Of a stretch of DNA of 64,000 bases, positions 12,317-25,600 are shown one piece after another. Made by a program: the position numbers and the translations under genes. Position 1 is the first letter of the stretch, and each line of letters begins with the position of its first letter. Source of the stretch: Eledone cirrhosa. Its lineage: Eukaryota. The stretch is taken from positions 35,340,001 through 35,404,000 of the forward strand of contig OZ024743.1 of assembly GCA_964016885.1 (NCBI GenBank), written 5' to 3'. The notes under the pieces were generated by a model, which made no database searches, had not been told where the DNA came from, and worked only from the letters and a program-made list of their open reading frames with translations.

Positions 12317-12584
12317 TTTCTTTTTTTCTTAATGAAGATAAGCTAGATTATTCCTTTCATTTTTAAAAATCTGTTTGTCTCTTGAACATTCTTGTAGTTT
12401 TTCCCATGATATTTAATGACGAATGTGAGTGTTGTAGTGCACCTTCCTGAGAATGTATATTCAACAGCATACTGAGAGACATACATGTAATATATTAATA
12501 TATATGCTGTTGGCAACTGTGAAGTGGACAGGGAAACTTATAAATAACATTGATTACACCTCCAAGAATTATGCTTTTAGCAAT

Positions 12585-12802
12585 AACTGTTTCTACTTTA
12601 GGCACATGCCAGCAATTTGAAGGGGAGGAGGAAAGTCGATTAAATTGACCCCAGTGGATTACTGATGCTTTATTTTATCAACTCCGTAAGGATGAAAAGC
12701 AAAGCTAACCTTGGCAGGATTTGAAGTCAGAATGCAAAGGGCCATAACTCTATGCTGCAAAGCATGGTGTCTGACACTCTACCAATACTGCCAATCCACT
12801 GC
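12585..12802 (-). mobile_element. SINE family A-related copy
   Basis: Contains the reverse complements TTTATTTTATCAACTCCGTAAGGATGAAAAGCAAAG, GGATTTGAAGTC and ACCAATACTGCCAATCC. Confidence 0.75.
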
Positions 12803-13341
12803 ACAGCTCTTAGGAATAATGCTAGTATTTTTGTTACAGTTCATCTCTAACTATAAGTAATCATACAGAGTAGGCAGCAGCAGCACAGTAAAATTGATGA
12901 GGCTTTCCTTTTTAGATTGAAGTACTAAGTTCAATTCCACCCTGCCTGAAGGTGTAATGAGAAGAGATGTTTAGGTCTCTCTGGTTACATCTATAACACC
13001 AAGTATATAATCTGGTACTAAATCTAGTCTCAACTGACCTTTCACACATGAACATCAAAGAGGTTTAGGTTGACACCTCATTAAGTTTTAGTATACTTTT
13101 GTATAGTAAATGAGATGACACTGGTGTATTATTTATGTTTTTGTTTGAGTGTGTGTAGTTTCTTTGTATATATATATATATCTCAAAAAGTTATTTGTCC
13201 CTGATATTTTTTCTTAATTCCAGAAACTATAGTTGGGGATAGTATATGAGTAAAATTGACTTATTTTAGTTTGTCTTACTTATGTTCCCCCAAATTGAGA
13301 TTTGGGCTTAAGTTTGATATGTTTATGAATATATATATATA

Positions 13342-13444
13342 TATGAGTCAGGACCCCAACAACTGAGCTCTTGCTGTTTCAACAGCTAGTTTCAGACTTG
13401 TCTGTGAAATGGCAAGAGCTCAGCCGTCAGGGTCCTGACTCATA
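13342..13444. mobile_element. ~100-bp palindromic element (MITE-like hairpin) in a (TA)n context
   Basis: TATGAGTCAGGACCC...CTGAGCTCTTGC pairs with GCAAGAGCTCAG...GGGTCCTGACTCATA. Confidence 0.75.
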
Positions 13445-13524
13445 CATATAACCATACTCTACTACTCTAAGTAATCAGATACTCTGGTGAGTAATGGTCT
13501 AACAAGTTTCTAACTGAATCCATC

Positions 13525-13573
<49 letters not shown>

Positions 13574-13677
13574 GTATTTTAGTTTTAAGCAAATGTTTAT
13601 AGATAAACTAGTTTTTTATTACATGATATTGCAGGGAGATCATTTTTTCTTCAAAGTCCATTATGTGTCACTACTGA

Positions 13678-16600
13678 CATGCATGTCTTAGTTTCTTATC
13701 CCTACCCTACATACAGGTCTTAGTTTCTTATCCCTACCCTACATACAGGTCTTAATTTCTTATCCCTACCCTACAAGCATGTCTTAGTTTCTTATCCCTA
13801 CCCTACAAGCATGTCTTAGTTTCTTATCCCTACCCTACATGCATGTCTTAGTTTCTTATCCCTACCCTACAAGCATGTCTTAGTTTCTTATCCCTACCCT
13901 ACATGCATGTCTTAGTTTCTTATCCCTACCCTACATACAGGTCTTAGTTTCTTATCCCTACCCTACAAGCATGTCTTAGTTTCTTATCCCTACCCTACAT
14001 ACAGGTCTTAGTTTCTTATCCCTACCCTACAAGCATGTCTTAGTTTCTTATCCCTACCCTACATACAGGTCTTAGTTTCTTATCCCTACCCTACAAGCAT
14101 GTCTTAGTTTCTTATCCCTACCCTACAAGCATGTCTTAGTTTCTTATCCCTACCCTACATACAGGTCTTAGTTTCTTATCCCTACCCTACAAGCATGTCT
14201 TAGTTTCTTATCCCTACCCTACATGCATGTCTTAGTTTCTTATCCCTACCCTACAAGCATGTCTTAGTTTCTTATCCCAACCCTACATACAGGTCTTAGT
14301 TTCTTATCCCTACCCTACATACATGTCTTAGTTTCTTATCCCTACCCTACAAGCATGTCTTAGTTTCTTATCCCTACCCTACAAGCATGTCTTAGTTTCT
14401 TATCCCTACCCTACATACAGGTCTTAGTTTCTTATCCCTACCCTACAAGCATGTCTTAGTTTCTTATCCCTACCCTACAAGCATGTCTTAGTTTCTTATC
14501 CCTACCCTACAAGCATGTCTTAGTTTCTTATCCCTACCCTACAAGCATGTCTTAGTTTCTTATCCCTACCCTACATACAGGTCTTAGTTTCTTATCCCTG
14601 CCCTACAAGCATGTCTTAGTTTCTTATCCCTACCCTACATACAGGTCTTAGTTTCTTATCCCTACCCTACATGCATGTCTTAGTTTCTTATCCCTACCCT
14701 ACATACAGGTCTTAGTTTCTTATCCCTACCCTACATGCATGTCTTAGTTTCTTATCCCTACCCTACATACAGGTCTTAGTTTCTTATCCCTACCCTACAT
14801 ACAGGTCTTAGTTTCTTATCCCTACCCTACATACAGGTCTTAGTTTCTTATCCCTACCCTACAAGCATGTCTTAGTTTCTTATCCCTACCCTACAAGCAT
14901 GTCTTAGTTTCTTATCCCTACCCTACATGCATGTCTTAGTTTCTTATCCCTACCCTACAAGCATGTCTTAGTTTCTTATCCCTACCCTACATGCATGTCT
15001 TAGTTTCTTATCCCTACCCTACAAGCATGTCTTAGTTTCTTATCACAACCCTACATACAGGTCTTAGTTTCTTATCCCTACCCTACATACAGGTCTTAGT
15101 TTCTTATCCCTACCCTACATGCATGTCTTAGTTTCTTATCCCTACCCTACATACATGTCTTAGTTTCTTATCCCTACCCTACATACAGGTCTTAGTTTCT
15201 TATCCCTACCCTACATGCATGTCTTAGTTTCTTATCCCTACCCTACATACAGGTCTTAGTTTCTTATCCCTACCCTACATGCATGTCTTAGTTTCTTATC
15301 CCTACCCTACATACAGGTCTTAGTTTCTTATCCCTACCCTACATACAGGTCTTAGTTTCTTATCCCTACCCTACAAGCATGTCTTAGTTTCTTATCCCTA
15401 CCCTACATACAGGTCTTAGTTTCTTATCCCTACCCTACAAGCATGTCTTAGTTTCTTATCCCTACCCTACATACAGGTCTTAGTTTCTTATCCCTACCCT
15501 ACATGCATGTCTTAGTTTCTTATCCCTACCCTACATACAGGTCTTAGTTTCTTATCCCTACCCTACATACAGGTCTTAGTTTCTTATCCCTACCCTACAA
15601 GCATGTCTTAGTTTCTTATCCCTACCCTACATACAGGTCTTAGTTTCTTATCCCTACCCTACAAGCATGTCTTAGTTTCTTATCCCTACCCTACATACAG
15701 GTCTTAGTTTCTTATCCCTACCCTACATGCATGTCTTAGTTTCTTATCCCTACCCTACATACAGGTCTTAGTTTCTTATCCCTACCCTACAAGCATGTCT
15801 TAGTTTCTTATCCCTACCCTACAAGCATGTCTTAGTTTCTTATCCCTACCCTACATACAGGTCTTAGTTTCTTATCCCTACCCTACAAGCATGTCTTAGT
15901 TTCTTATCCCTACCCTACATGCATGTCTTAGTTTCTTATCCCTACCCTACAAGCATGTCTTAGTTTCTTATCCCAACCCTACATACAGGTCTTAGTTTCT
16001 TATCCCTACCCTACATACAGGTCTTAGTTTCTTATCCCTACCCTACATGCATGTCTTAGTTTCTTATCCTTACCCTACAAGCATGTCTTAGTTTCTTATC
16101 CTTACCCTACAAGCATGTCTTAGTTTCTTATCCCTACCCTACATACAGGTCTTAGTTTCTTATCCCTACCCTACATGCATGTCTTAGTTTCTTATCCCTA
16201 CCCTACATGCATGTCTTAGTTTCTTATCCCTACCCTACAAGCATGTCTTAGTTTCTTATACCTACCCTACAAGCATGTCTTAGTTTCTTATCCCTACCCT
16301 ACATACAGGTCTTAGTTTCTTATCCCTACCCTACATACATGTCTTAGTTTCTTATCCCTACCCTACAAGCATGTCTTAGTTTCTTATCCCTACCTTACAT
16401 ACAGGTCTTAGTTTCTTATCCCTACCCTACAAGCATGTCTTAGTTTCTTATGCCTACCCTACATACAGGTCTTAGTTTCTTATCCCTACCCTACATGCAT
16501 GTCTTAGTTTCTTATCCCTACCCTACATGCATGTCTTAGTTTCTTATCCCTACCCTACATGCATGTCTTAGTTTCTTATCCCTACCCTACATGTAGGTCA

Positions 16601-19600
16601 TAGTTTCTTATCCCTACCCTACATACAGGTCTTAGTTTCTTATCCCTACCCTACATACAGGTCTTAGTTTTTTATCCCTACCCTACATGCATGTCTTAGT
16701 TTCTTATCCTTACCCTACAAGCATGTCTTAGTTTCTTATCCTTACCCTACAAGCATGTCTTAGTTTCTTATCCCTACCCTACATACAGGTCTTAGTTTCT
16801 TATCCCTACCCTACATGCATGTCTTAGTTTCTTATCCCTACCCTACATGCATGTCTTAGTTTCTTATCCCTACCCTACAAGCATGTCTTAGTTTCTTATA
16901 CCTACCCTACAAGCATGTCTTAGTTTCTTATCCCTACCCTACATACAGGTCTTAGTTTCTTATCCCTACCCTACATACATGTCTTAGTTTCTTATCCCTA
17001 CCCTACAAGCATGTCTTAGTTTCTTATCCCTACCTTACATACAGGTCTTAGTTTCTTATCCCTACCCTACATACATGTCTTAGTTTCTTATCCCTACCCT
17101 ACATGCATGTTTTAGTTTCTTATCCCTACCCTACATACAGGTCTTAGTTTCTTATCCCTACCCTACATACATGTCTTAGTTTCTTATCCCTACCCTACAT
17201 GCATGTCTTAGTTTCTTATCCCTACCCTACATACAGGTCTTAGTTTCTTATCCCTACCCTACATACATGTCTTAGTTTCTTATCCCTACCCTACATGCAT
17301 GGCTTAGTTTCTTATCCCTACCCTACATACAGGTCTTAGTTTCTTATCCCTCCCCTACATACATGTCTTAGTTTCTTATCCCTACCCTACATGCATGTCT
17401 TAGTTTCTTATCCATACCCTACATACAGGTCTTAGTTTCTTATCCCTACCCTACATACAGGTCTTAGTTTCTTATCCCTACCCTACAAGCATGTCTTAGT
17501 TTCTTATCCCTACCCAACATACAGGTCTTAGTTTCTTATCCCTACCCTACATACAGGTCTTAGTTTCTTATCCCTACCCTACAAGCATGTCTTAGTTTCT
17601 TATCCCTACCCAACATACAGGTCTTAGTTTCTTATCCCTACCCTACAAGCATGTCTTAGTTTCTTATCCCTACCCTACAAGCATGTCTTAGTTTCTTATC
17701 CCTACCCTACATGCATGTCTTAGTTTCTTATCCCTACCCTACATACAGGTCTTAGTTTCTTATCCCTACCCTACATGCATATCTTAGTTTCTTATCCCTA
17801 CCCTACATACATGTCTTAGTTTCTTATCCCTACCCTACATACAGGTCTTAGTTTCTTATCCCTACCCTACATACAGGTCTTAGTTTCTTATCCCTACCCT
17901 ACATGCATGTCTTAGTTTCTTATCCCTACCCTACATGCATGTCTTAGTTTCTTATCCCTACCCTACATACATGTCTTAGTTTCTTATCCCTACCCTACAT
18001 ACAGGTCTTAGTTTCTTATCCCTACCCTACATGCATGTCTTAGTTTCTTATCCCTACCCTACATGCATGTCTTAGTTTCTTATCCCTACCCTACATACAG
18101 GTCTTAGTTTCTTATCCCTACCCTACATACAGGTCTTAGTTTCTTATCCCTACCCTACATGCATGTCTTAGTTTCTTATCCCTACCCTACATACATGTCT
18201 TAGTTTCTTATCCCTACCCTACATACAGGTCTTAGTTTCTTATCCCTACCCTACATACAGGTCTTAGTTTCTTATCCCTAGCCTACATGCATGTCTTAGT
18301 TTCTTATCCCTACCCTACATGCATTCTTAGTTTCTTATCCCTACCCTACATACATGTCTTAGTTTCTTATCCCTACCCTACATGCATGTCTTAGTTTCTT
18401 ATCCCTACCCTACATGTACGTCATAGTTTCTTATCCCTACCCTACATGTACGTCTTAGTTTCTTATCCCTACCCTACATGTACGTCTTAGTTTCTTATCC
18501 CTACCCTACATACAGGTCTTAGTTTCTTATCCCTACCCTACATGCATGTCTTAGTTTCTTATCCCTACCCTACATGCATGTCTTAGTTTCTTATCCCTAC
18601 CCTACAAGCATGTCTTAGTTTCTTATCCCTACCCTACATACAGGTCTTAGTTTCTTATCCCTACCCTACATGTAGGTCATAGTTTCTTATCCTTACCCTA
18701 CAAGCATGTCTTAGTTTCTTATCCCTACCCTACAAGCATGTCTTAGTTTCTTATCCCTACCCTACAAGCATGTCTTAGTTTCTTATCCCTACCCTACATA
18801 CAGGTCTTAGTTTCTTATCCCTACCCTACAAGCATGTCTTAGTTTCTTATCCCTACCCTACATGCATGTCTTAGTTTCTTATCCCTACCCTACATACATG
18901 TCTTAGTTTCTTATCCCTACCCTACATGCATGTCTTAGTTTCTTATCCCTACCCTACATGTACGTCATAGTTTCTTATCCCTACCCTACATGTAGGTCAT
19001 AGTTTCTTATCCCTACCCTACATGTAGGTCATAGTTTCTCATCCCTACCCTACATGTACGTCATAGTTTCTCATCCCTACCCTACATGTACGTCATAGTT
19101 TCTTATCCCTACCCTACATGTACGTCATAGTTTCTTATCCCTACCCTACATGTACGTCTTAGTTTCTTATCCCTACTCTACATGTACATCTTAGTTTCTT
19201 ATCCCTACCCTACATACATGTCTTAGTTTCTTATCCCTACCCTACATGCATGTTTTAGTTTCTTATCCCTACCCTACATACAGGTCTTAGTTTCTTATCC
19301 CTACCCTACATACATGTCTTAGTTTCTTATCCCTACCCTACATGCATGTCTTAGTTTCTTATCCCTACCCTACATACAGGTCTTAGTTTCTTATCCCTAC
19401 CCTACATACATGTCTTAGTTTCTTATCCCTACCCTACATGCATGGCTTAGTTTCTTATCCCTACCCTACATACAGGTCTTAGTTTCTTATCCCTCCCCTA
19501 CATACATGTCTTAGTTTCTTATCCCTACCCTACATGCATGTCTTAGTTTCTTATCCCTACCCTACATACAGGTCTTAGTTTCTTATCCCTACCCTACATA

Positions 19601-22600
19601 CAGGTCTTAGTTTCTTATCCCTACCCTACAAGCATGTCTTAGTTTCTTATCCCTACCCAACATACAGGTCTTAGTTTCTTATCCCTACCCTACATACAGG
19701 TCTTAGTTTCTTATCCCTACCCTACAAGCATGTCTTAGTTTCTTATCCCTACCCAACATACAGGTCTTAGTTTCTTATCCCTACCCTACAAGCATGTCTT
19801 AGTTTCTTATCCCTACCCTACAAGCATGTCTTAGTTTCTTATCCCTACCCTACATGCATGTCTTAGTTTCTTATCCCTACCCTACATACAGGTCTTAGTT
19901 TCTTATCCCTACCCTACATGCATATCTTAGTTTCTTATCCCTACCCTACATACATGTCTTAGTTTCTTATCCCTACCCTACATACAGGTCTTAGTTTCTT
20001 ATCCCTACCCTACATACAGGTCTTAGTTTCTTATCCCTACCCTACATGCATGTCTTAGTTTCTTATCCCTACCCTACATGCATGTCTTAGTTTCTTATCC
20101 CTACCCTACATACATGTCTTAGTTTCTTATCCCTACCCTACATACAGGTCTTAGTTTCTTATCCCTACCCTACATGCATGTCTTAGTTTCTTATCCCTAC
20201 CCTACATGCATGTCTTAGTTTCTTATCCCTACCCTACATACAGGTCTTAGTTTCTTATCCCTACCCTACATACAGGTCTTAGTTTCTTATCCCTACCCTA
20301 CATGCATGTCTTAGTTTCTTATCCCTACCCTACATACATGTCTTAGTTTCTTATCCCTACCCTACATACAGGTCTTAGTTTCTTATCCCTACCCTACATA
20401 CAGGTCTTAGTTTCTTATCCCTAGCCTACATGCATGTCTTAGTTTCTTATCCCTACCCTACATACATGTCTTAGTTTCTTATCCCTACCCTACATGCATG
20501 TCTTAGTTTCTTATCCCTACCCTACATGCATGTCTTAGTTTCTTATCCCTACCCTACAAGCATGTCTTAGTTTCTTATCCCTACCCTACAAGCATGTCTT
20601 AGTTTCTTATCCCTACCCTACATACAGGTCTTAGTTTCTTATCCCTACCCTACATACATGTCTTAGTTTCTTATCCCTACCCTACATGCATGTCTTAGTT
20701 TCTTATCCCTACCCTACATACAGGTCTTAGTTTCTTATCCCTACCCTACATGCATGTCTTAGTTTCTTATCCCTACCCTACATACAGGTCTTAGTTTCTT
20801 ATCCCTACCCTACATACATGTCTTAGTTTCTTATCCCTACCCTACATGCATTCTTAGTTTCTTATCCCTACCCTACATACATGTCTTAGTTTCTTATCCC
20901 TACCCTACATGCATGTCTTAGTTTCTTATCCCTACCCTACATGTACGTCATAGTTTCTTATCCCTACCCTACATGTACGTCTTAGTTTCTTATCCCTACC
21001 CTACATGTACGTCTTAGTTTCTTATCCCTACCCTACATACAGGTCTTAGTTTCTTATCCCTACCCTACATGCATGTCTTAGTTTCTTATCCCTACCCTAC
21101 ATGCATGTCTTAGTTTCTTATCCCTACCCTACAAGCATGTCTTAGTTTCTTATCCCTACCCTACATACAGGTCTTAGTTTCTTATCCCTACCCTACAAGC
21201 ATGTCTTAGTTTCTTATCCCTACCCTACATGCATGTCTTAGTTTCTTATCCCTACCCTACATACATGTCTTAGTTTCTTATCCCTACCCTACATGCATGT
21301 CTTAGTTTCTTATCCCTACCCTACATGTACGTCATAGTTTCTTATCCCTACCCTACATGTAGGTCATAGTTTCTTATCCCTACCCTACATGTAGGTCATA
21401 GTTTCTCATCCCTACCCTACATGTACGTCATAGTTTCTCATCCCTACTCTACATGTACGTCATAGTTTCTTATCCCTACCCTACATGTACGTCTTAGTTT
21501 CTTATCCCTACTCTACATGTACATCTTAGTTTCTTATCCCTACCCTACATACAGGTCTTAGTTTCTTATCCCTACCCTACATGCATGTCTTAGTTTCTTA
21601 TCCCTACCCTACATGCATGTCTTAGTTTCTTATCCCTACCCTACAAGCATGTCTTAGTTTCTTATCCCTACCCTACATACAGGTCTTAGTTTCTTATCCC
21701 TACCCTACATGTAGGTCATAGTTTCTTATCCTTACCCTACAAGCATGTCTTAGTTTCTTATCCCTACCCTACAAGCATGTCTTAGTTTCTTATCCCTACC
21801 CTACAAGCATGTCTTAGTTTCTTATCCCTACCCTACATACAGGTCTTAGTTTCTTATCCCTACCCTACATGCATGTCTTAGTTTCTTATCCCTACCCTAT
21901 AAGCATGTTTTAGTTTCTTATCCCTACCCTACATGCATGTCTTAGTTTCTCATCCCTACCCTACATGTAGGTCATAGTTTCTTATCCTTACCCTACAAGC
22001 ATGTCTTAGTTTCTTATCCCTACCCTACAAGCATGTCTTAGTTTCTTATCCCTACCCTACATGCATGTCTTAGTTTCTTATCCCTACCCTACATACAGGT
22101 CTTAGTTTCTTATCCCTACCTTACAAGCATGCCTTAGTTTCTTATCCCTACCCTACATGCATGTCTTAGTTTCTTATCCCTACCCTACATACAGGTCTTA
22201 GTTTCTTATCCCTACCCTACAAGCATGTCTTAGTTTCTTATCCCTACCCTACATACAGGTCTTAGTTTCTTATCCCTACCCTACATGCATGTCTTAGTTT
22301 CTTATCCCTACCCTACAAGCATGTCTTAGTTTCTTATGCCTACCCTACATACAGGTCTTAGTTTCTTATCCCTACCCTACATACAGGTCTTAGTTTCTTA
22401 TCCCTACCCTGCATACAGGTCTTAGTTTCTTATCCTTACCCTACAAGCATGTCTTAGTTTCTTATCCCTACCCTACATACAGGTCTTAGTTTCTTATCCC
22501 TACCCTACATACAGGTCTTAGTTTCTTATCCCTACCCTACATACAGGTCTTAGTTTCTTATCCCTACTCTACATGCATGTCTTAGTTTCTTATCCCTACC

Positions 22601-25600
22601 CTACAAGCATGTCTTAGTTTCTTATGCCTACCCTACATACAGGTCTTAGTTTCTTATCCCTACCCTACATACAGGTCTTAGTTTCTTATCCCTACCCTAC
22701 ATGCATGTCTTAGTTTCTTATCCCTACCCTACAAACATGTCTTAATTTCTTATGCCTACCCTACATACAGGTCTTAGTTTCTTATCCCTACCCTACAAGC
22801 ATGTCTTAGTTTCTTATCCCTACCCTACATACAGGTCTTAGTTGCTTATGCCTACCCTACATACAGGTCTTAGTTTCTTATGCCTACCCTACATACAGGT
22901 CTTAGTTTCTTATCCCTACCCTACATACAGGTCTTAGTTTCTTATCCCTACCCTACATACAGGTCTTAGTTTCTTATCCTTACCCTACAAGCATGTCTTA
23001 GTTTCTTATCCCTACCCTACAAGCATGTCTTAGTTTCTTATCCCTACCCTACATACAGGTCTTAGTTTCTTATCCCTACCCTACATGCATGTCTTAGTTT
23101 CTTATCCCTACCCTACATACAGGTCTTAGTTTCTTATCCCTACCCTACATGCATGTCTTAGTTTCTTATCCCTACCCTACATACAGGTCATAGTTTCTTA
23201 TCCCTACCCTACATACAGGTCTTAGTTTCTTATCCTTACCCTACAAGCATGTCTTAGTTTCTTATCCCTACCCTACAAGCATGTCTTAGTTTCTTATCCC
23301 TACCCTACATACAGGTCTTAGTTTCTTATCCCTACCCTACATACAGGTCTTAGTTTCTTATCCCTATCCTACATACAGGTCTTAGTTTCTTATCCTTACC
23401 CTACAAGCATGTCTTAGTTTCTTATCCCTACCCTACAAGCATGTCTTAGTTTCTTATCCCTACCCTACATGCATGTCTTAGTTTCTTATCCCTACCCTAC
23501 AAGCATGTCTTAGTTTCTTATCCCTACCCTACATACAGGTCTTAGTTTCTTATCCTTACCCTACAAGCATGTCTTAGTTTCTTATCCCTACCCTACAAGC
23601 ATGTCTTAGTTTCTTATCCCTACCCTACATACAGGTCTTAGTTTCTTATCCTTACCCTACAAGCATGTCTTAGTTTCTTATCCCTACCCTACAAGCATGT
23701 CTTAGTTTCTTATCCCTACCCTACATGCATGTCTTAGTTTCTTATCCCTACCCTACATACAGGTCTTAGTTTCTTATCCCTACCCTACAAGCATGTCTTA
23801 GTTTCTTATCCCTACCCTACATGCATGTCTTAGTTTCTTATCCCTACCCTACAAGCATGTCTTAGTTTCTTATCCCTACCCTACATACATGTCTTAGTTT
23901 CTTATCCCTACCCTACATACAGGTCTTAGTTTCTTATCCTTACCCTACAAGCATGTCTTAGTTTCTTATCCCTACCCTACAAGCATGTCTTAGTTTCTTA
24001 TCCCTACCCTACATGCATGTCTTAGTTTCTTATCCCTACCCTACAAGCATGTCTTAGTTTCTTATCCCTACCCTACATGCATGTCTTAGTTTCTTATCCC
24101 TACCCTACAAGCATGTCTTAGTTTCTTATCCCTACCCTACATACATGTCTTAGTTTCTTATCCCTACCCTACATACAGGTCTTAGTTTCTTATCCCTACC
24201 CTACATACAGGTCTTAGTTTCTTATCCCTACCCTACATACAGGTCTTAGTTTCTTATCCCTACCCTACATGCATGTCTTAGTTTCTTATCCCTACCCTAC
24301 AAGCATGTCTTAGTTTCTTATCCCTACCCTACATGCATGTCTTACCCTACATGTAGGTCATAGTTTCTTATCCCTACCCTACATGCATGTCTTAGTTTAT
24401 TATCCCTACCCTACAAGCATGTCTTAGTTTCTTATCCCTACCCTACATGCATGTCTTAGTTTCTTATCCCTACCCTACAAGCATGTCTTAGTTTCTTATC
24501 CCTACCCTACATACAGGTCTTAGTTTCTTATCCCTACCCTACATGCAGGTCTTAGTTTCTTATCCCTACCCTACAAGCATGTCTTAGTTTCTTATCCCTA
24601 CCCTACATACAGGTCTTAGTTTCTTATCCCTACCCTACATGCATGTCTTAGTTTCTTATCCCTACCCTACAAGCATGTCTTAGTTTCTTATCCCTACCCT
24701 ACAAGCATGTCTTAGTTTCTTATCCCTACCCTACATGCATGTCTTAGTTTCTTATCCCTACCCTACATGTAGGTCATAGTTTCTTATCCCTACCCTACAT
24801 GCATGTCTTAGTTTCTTATCCCTACCCTACAAGCATGTCTTAGTTTCTTATCCCTACCCTACATACAGGTCTTAGTTTCTTATCCCTACCCTACATACAG
24901 GTCTTAGTTTCTTATCCCTACCCTACATACAGGTCTTAGTTTCTTATCCCTACCCTACATACAGGTCTTAGTTTCTTATCCCTACCCTACATACATGTCT
25001 TAGTTTCTTATCCCTACCCTACATACAGGTCTTAGTTTCTTATCCCTACCCTACATACAGGTCTTAGTTTCTTATCCCTACCCTACATACAGGTCTTAGT
25101 TTCTTATCCCTACCCTACAAGCATGTCTTAGTTTCTTATCCCTACCCTACATACATGTCTTAGTTTCTTATCCCTACCCTACAAGCATGTCTTAGTTTCT
25201 TATCCCTACCCTACATGCATGTCTTAGTTTCTTATCCCTACCCTACAAGCATGTCTTAGTTTCTTATCCCTACCCTACAAGCATGTCTTAGTTTCTTATC
25301 CCTACCCTACAAGCATGTCTTAGTTTCTTATCCCTACCCTACATACAGGTCTTACTTTCTTATCCCTACCCTACATACAGGTCTTAGTTTCTTATCCTTA
25401 CCCTACAAGCATGTCTTAGTTTCTTATCCCTACCCTACAAGCATGTCTTAGTTTCTTATCCCTACCCTACATGCATGTCTTAGTTTCTTATCCCTACCCT
25501 ACATACAGGTCTTAGTTTCTTATCCCTACCCTACATGCATGTCTTAGTTTCTTATCCCTACCCTACAAGCATGTCTTAGTTTCTTATCCCTACCCTACAT

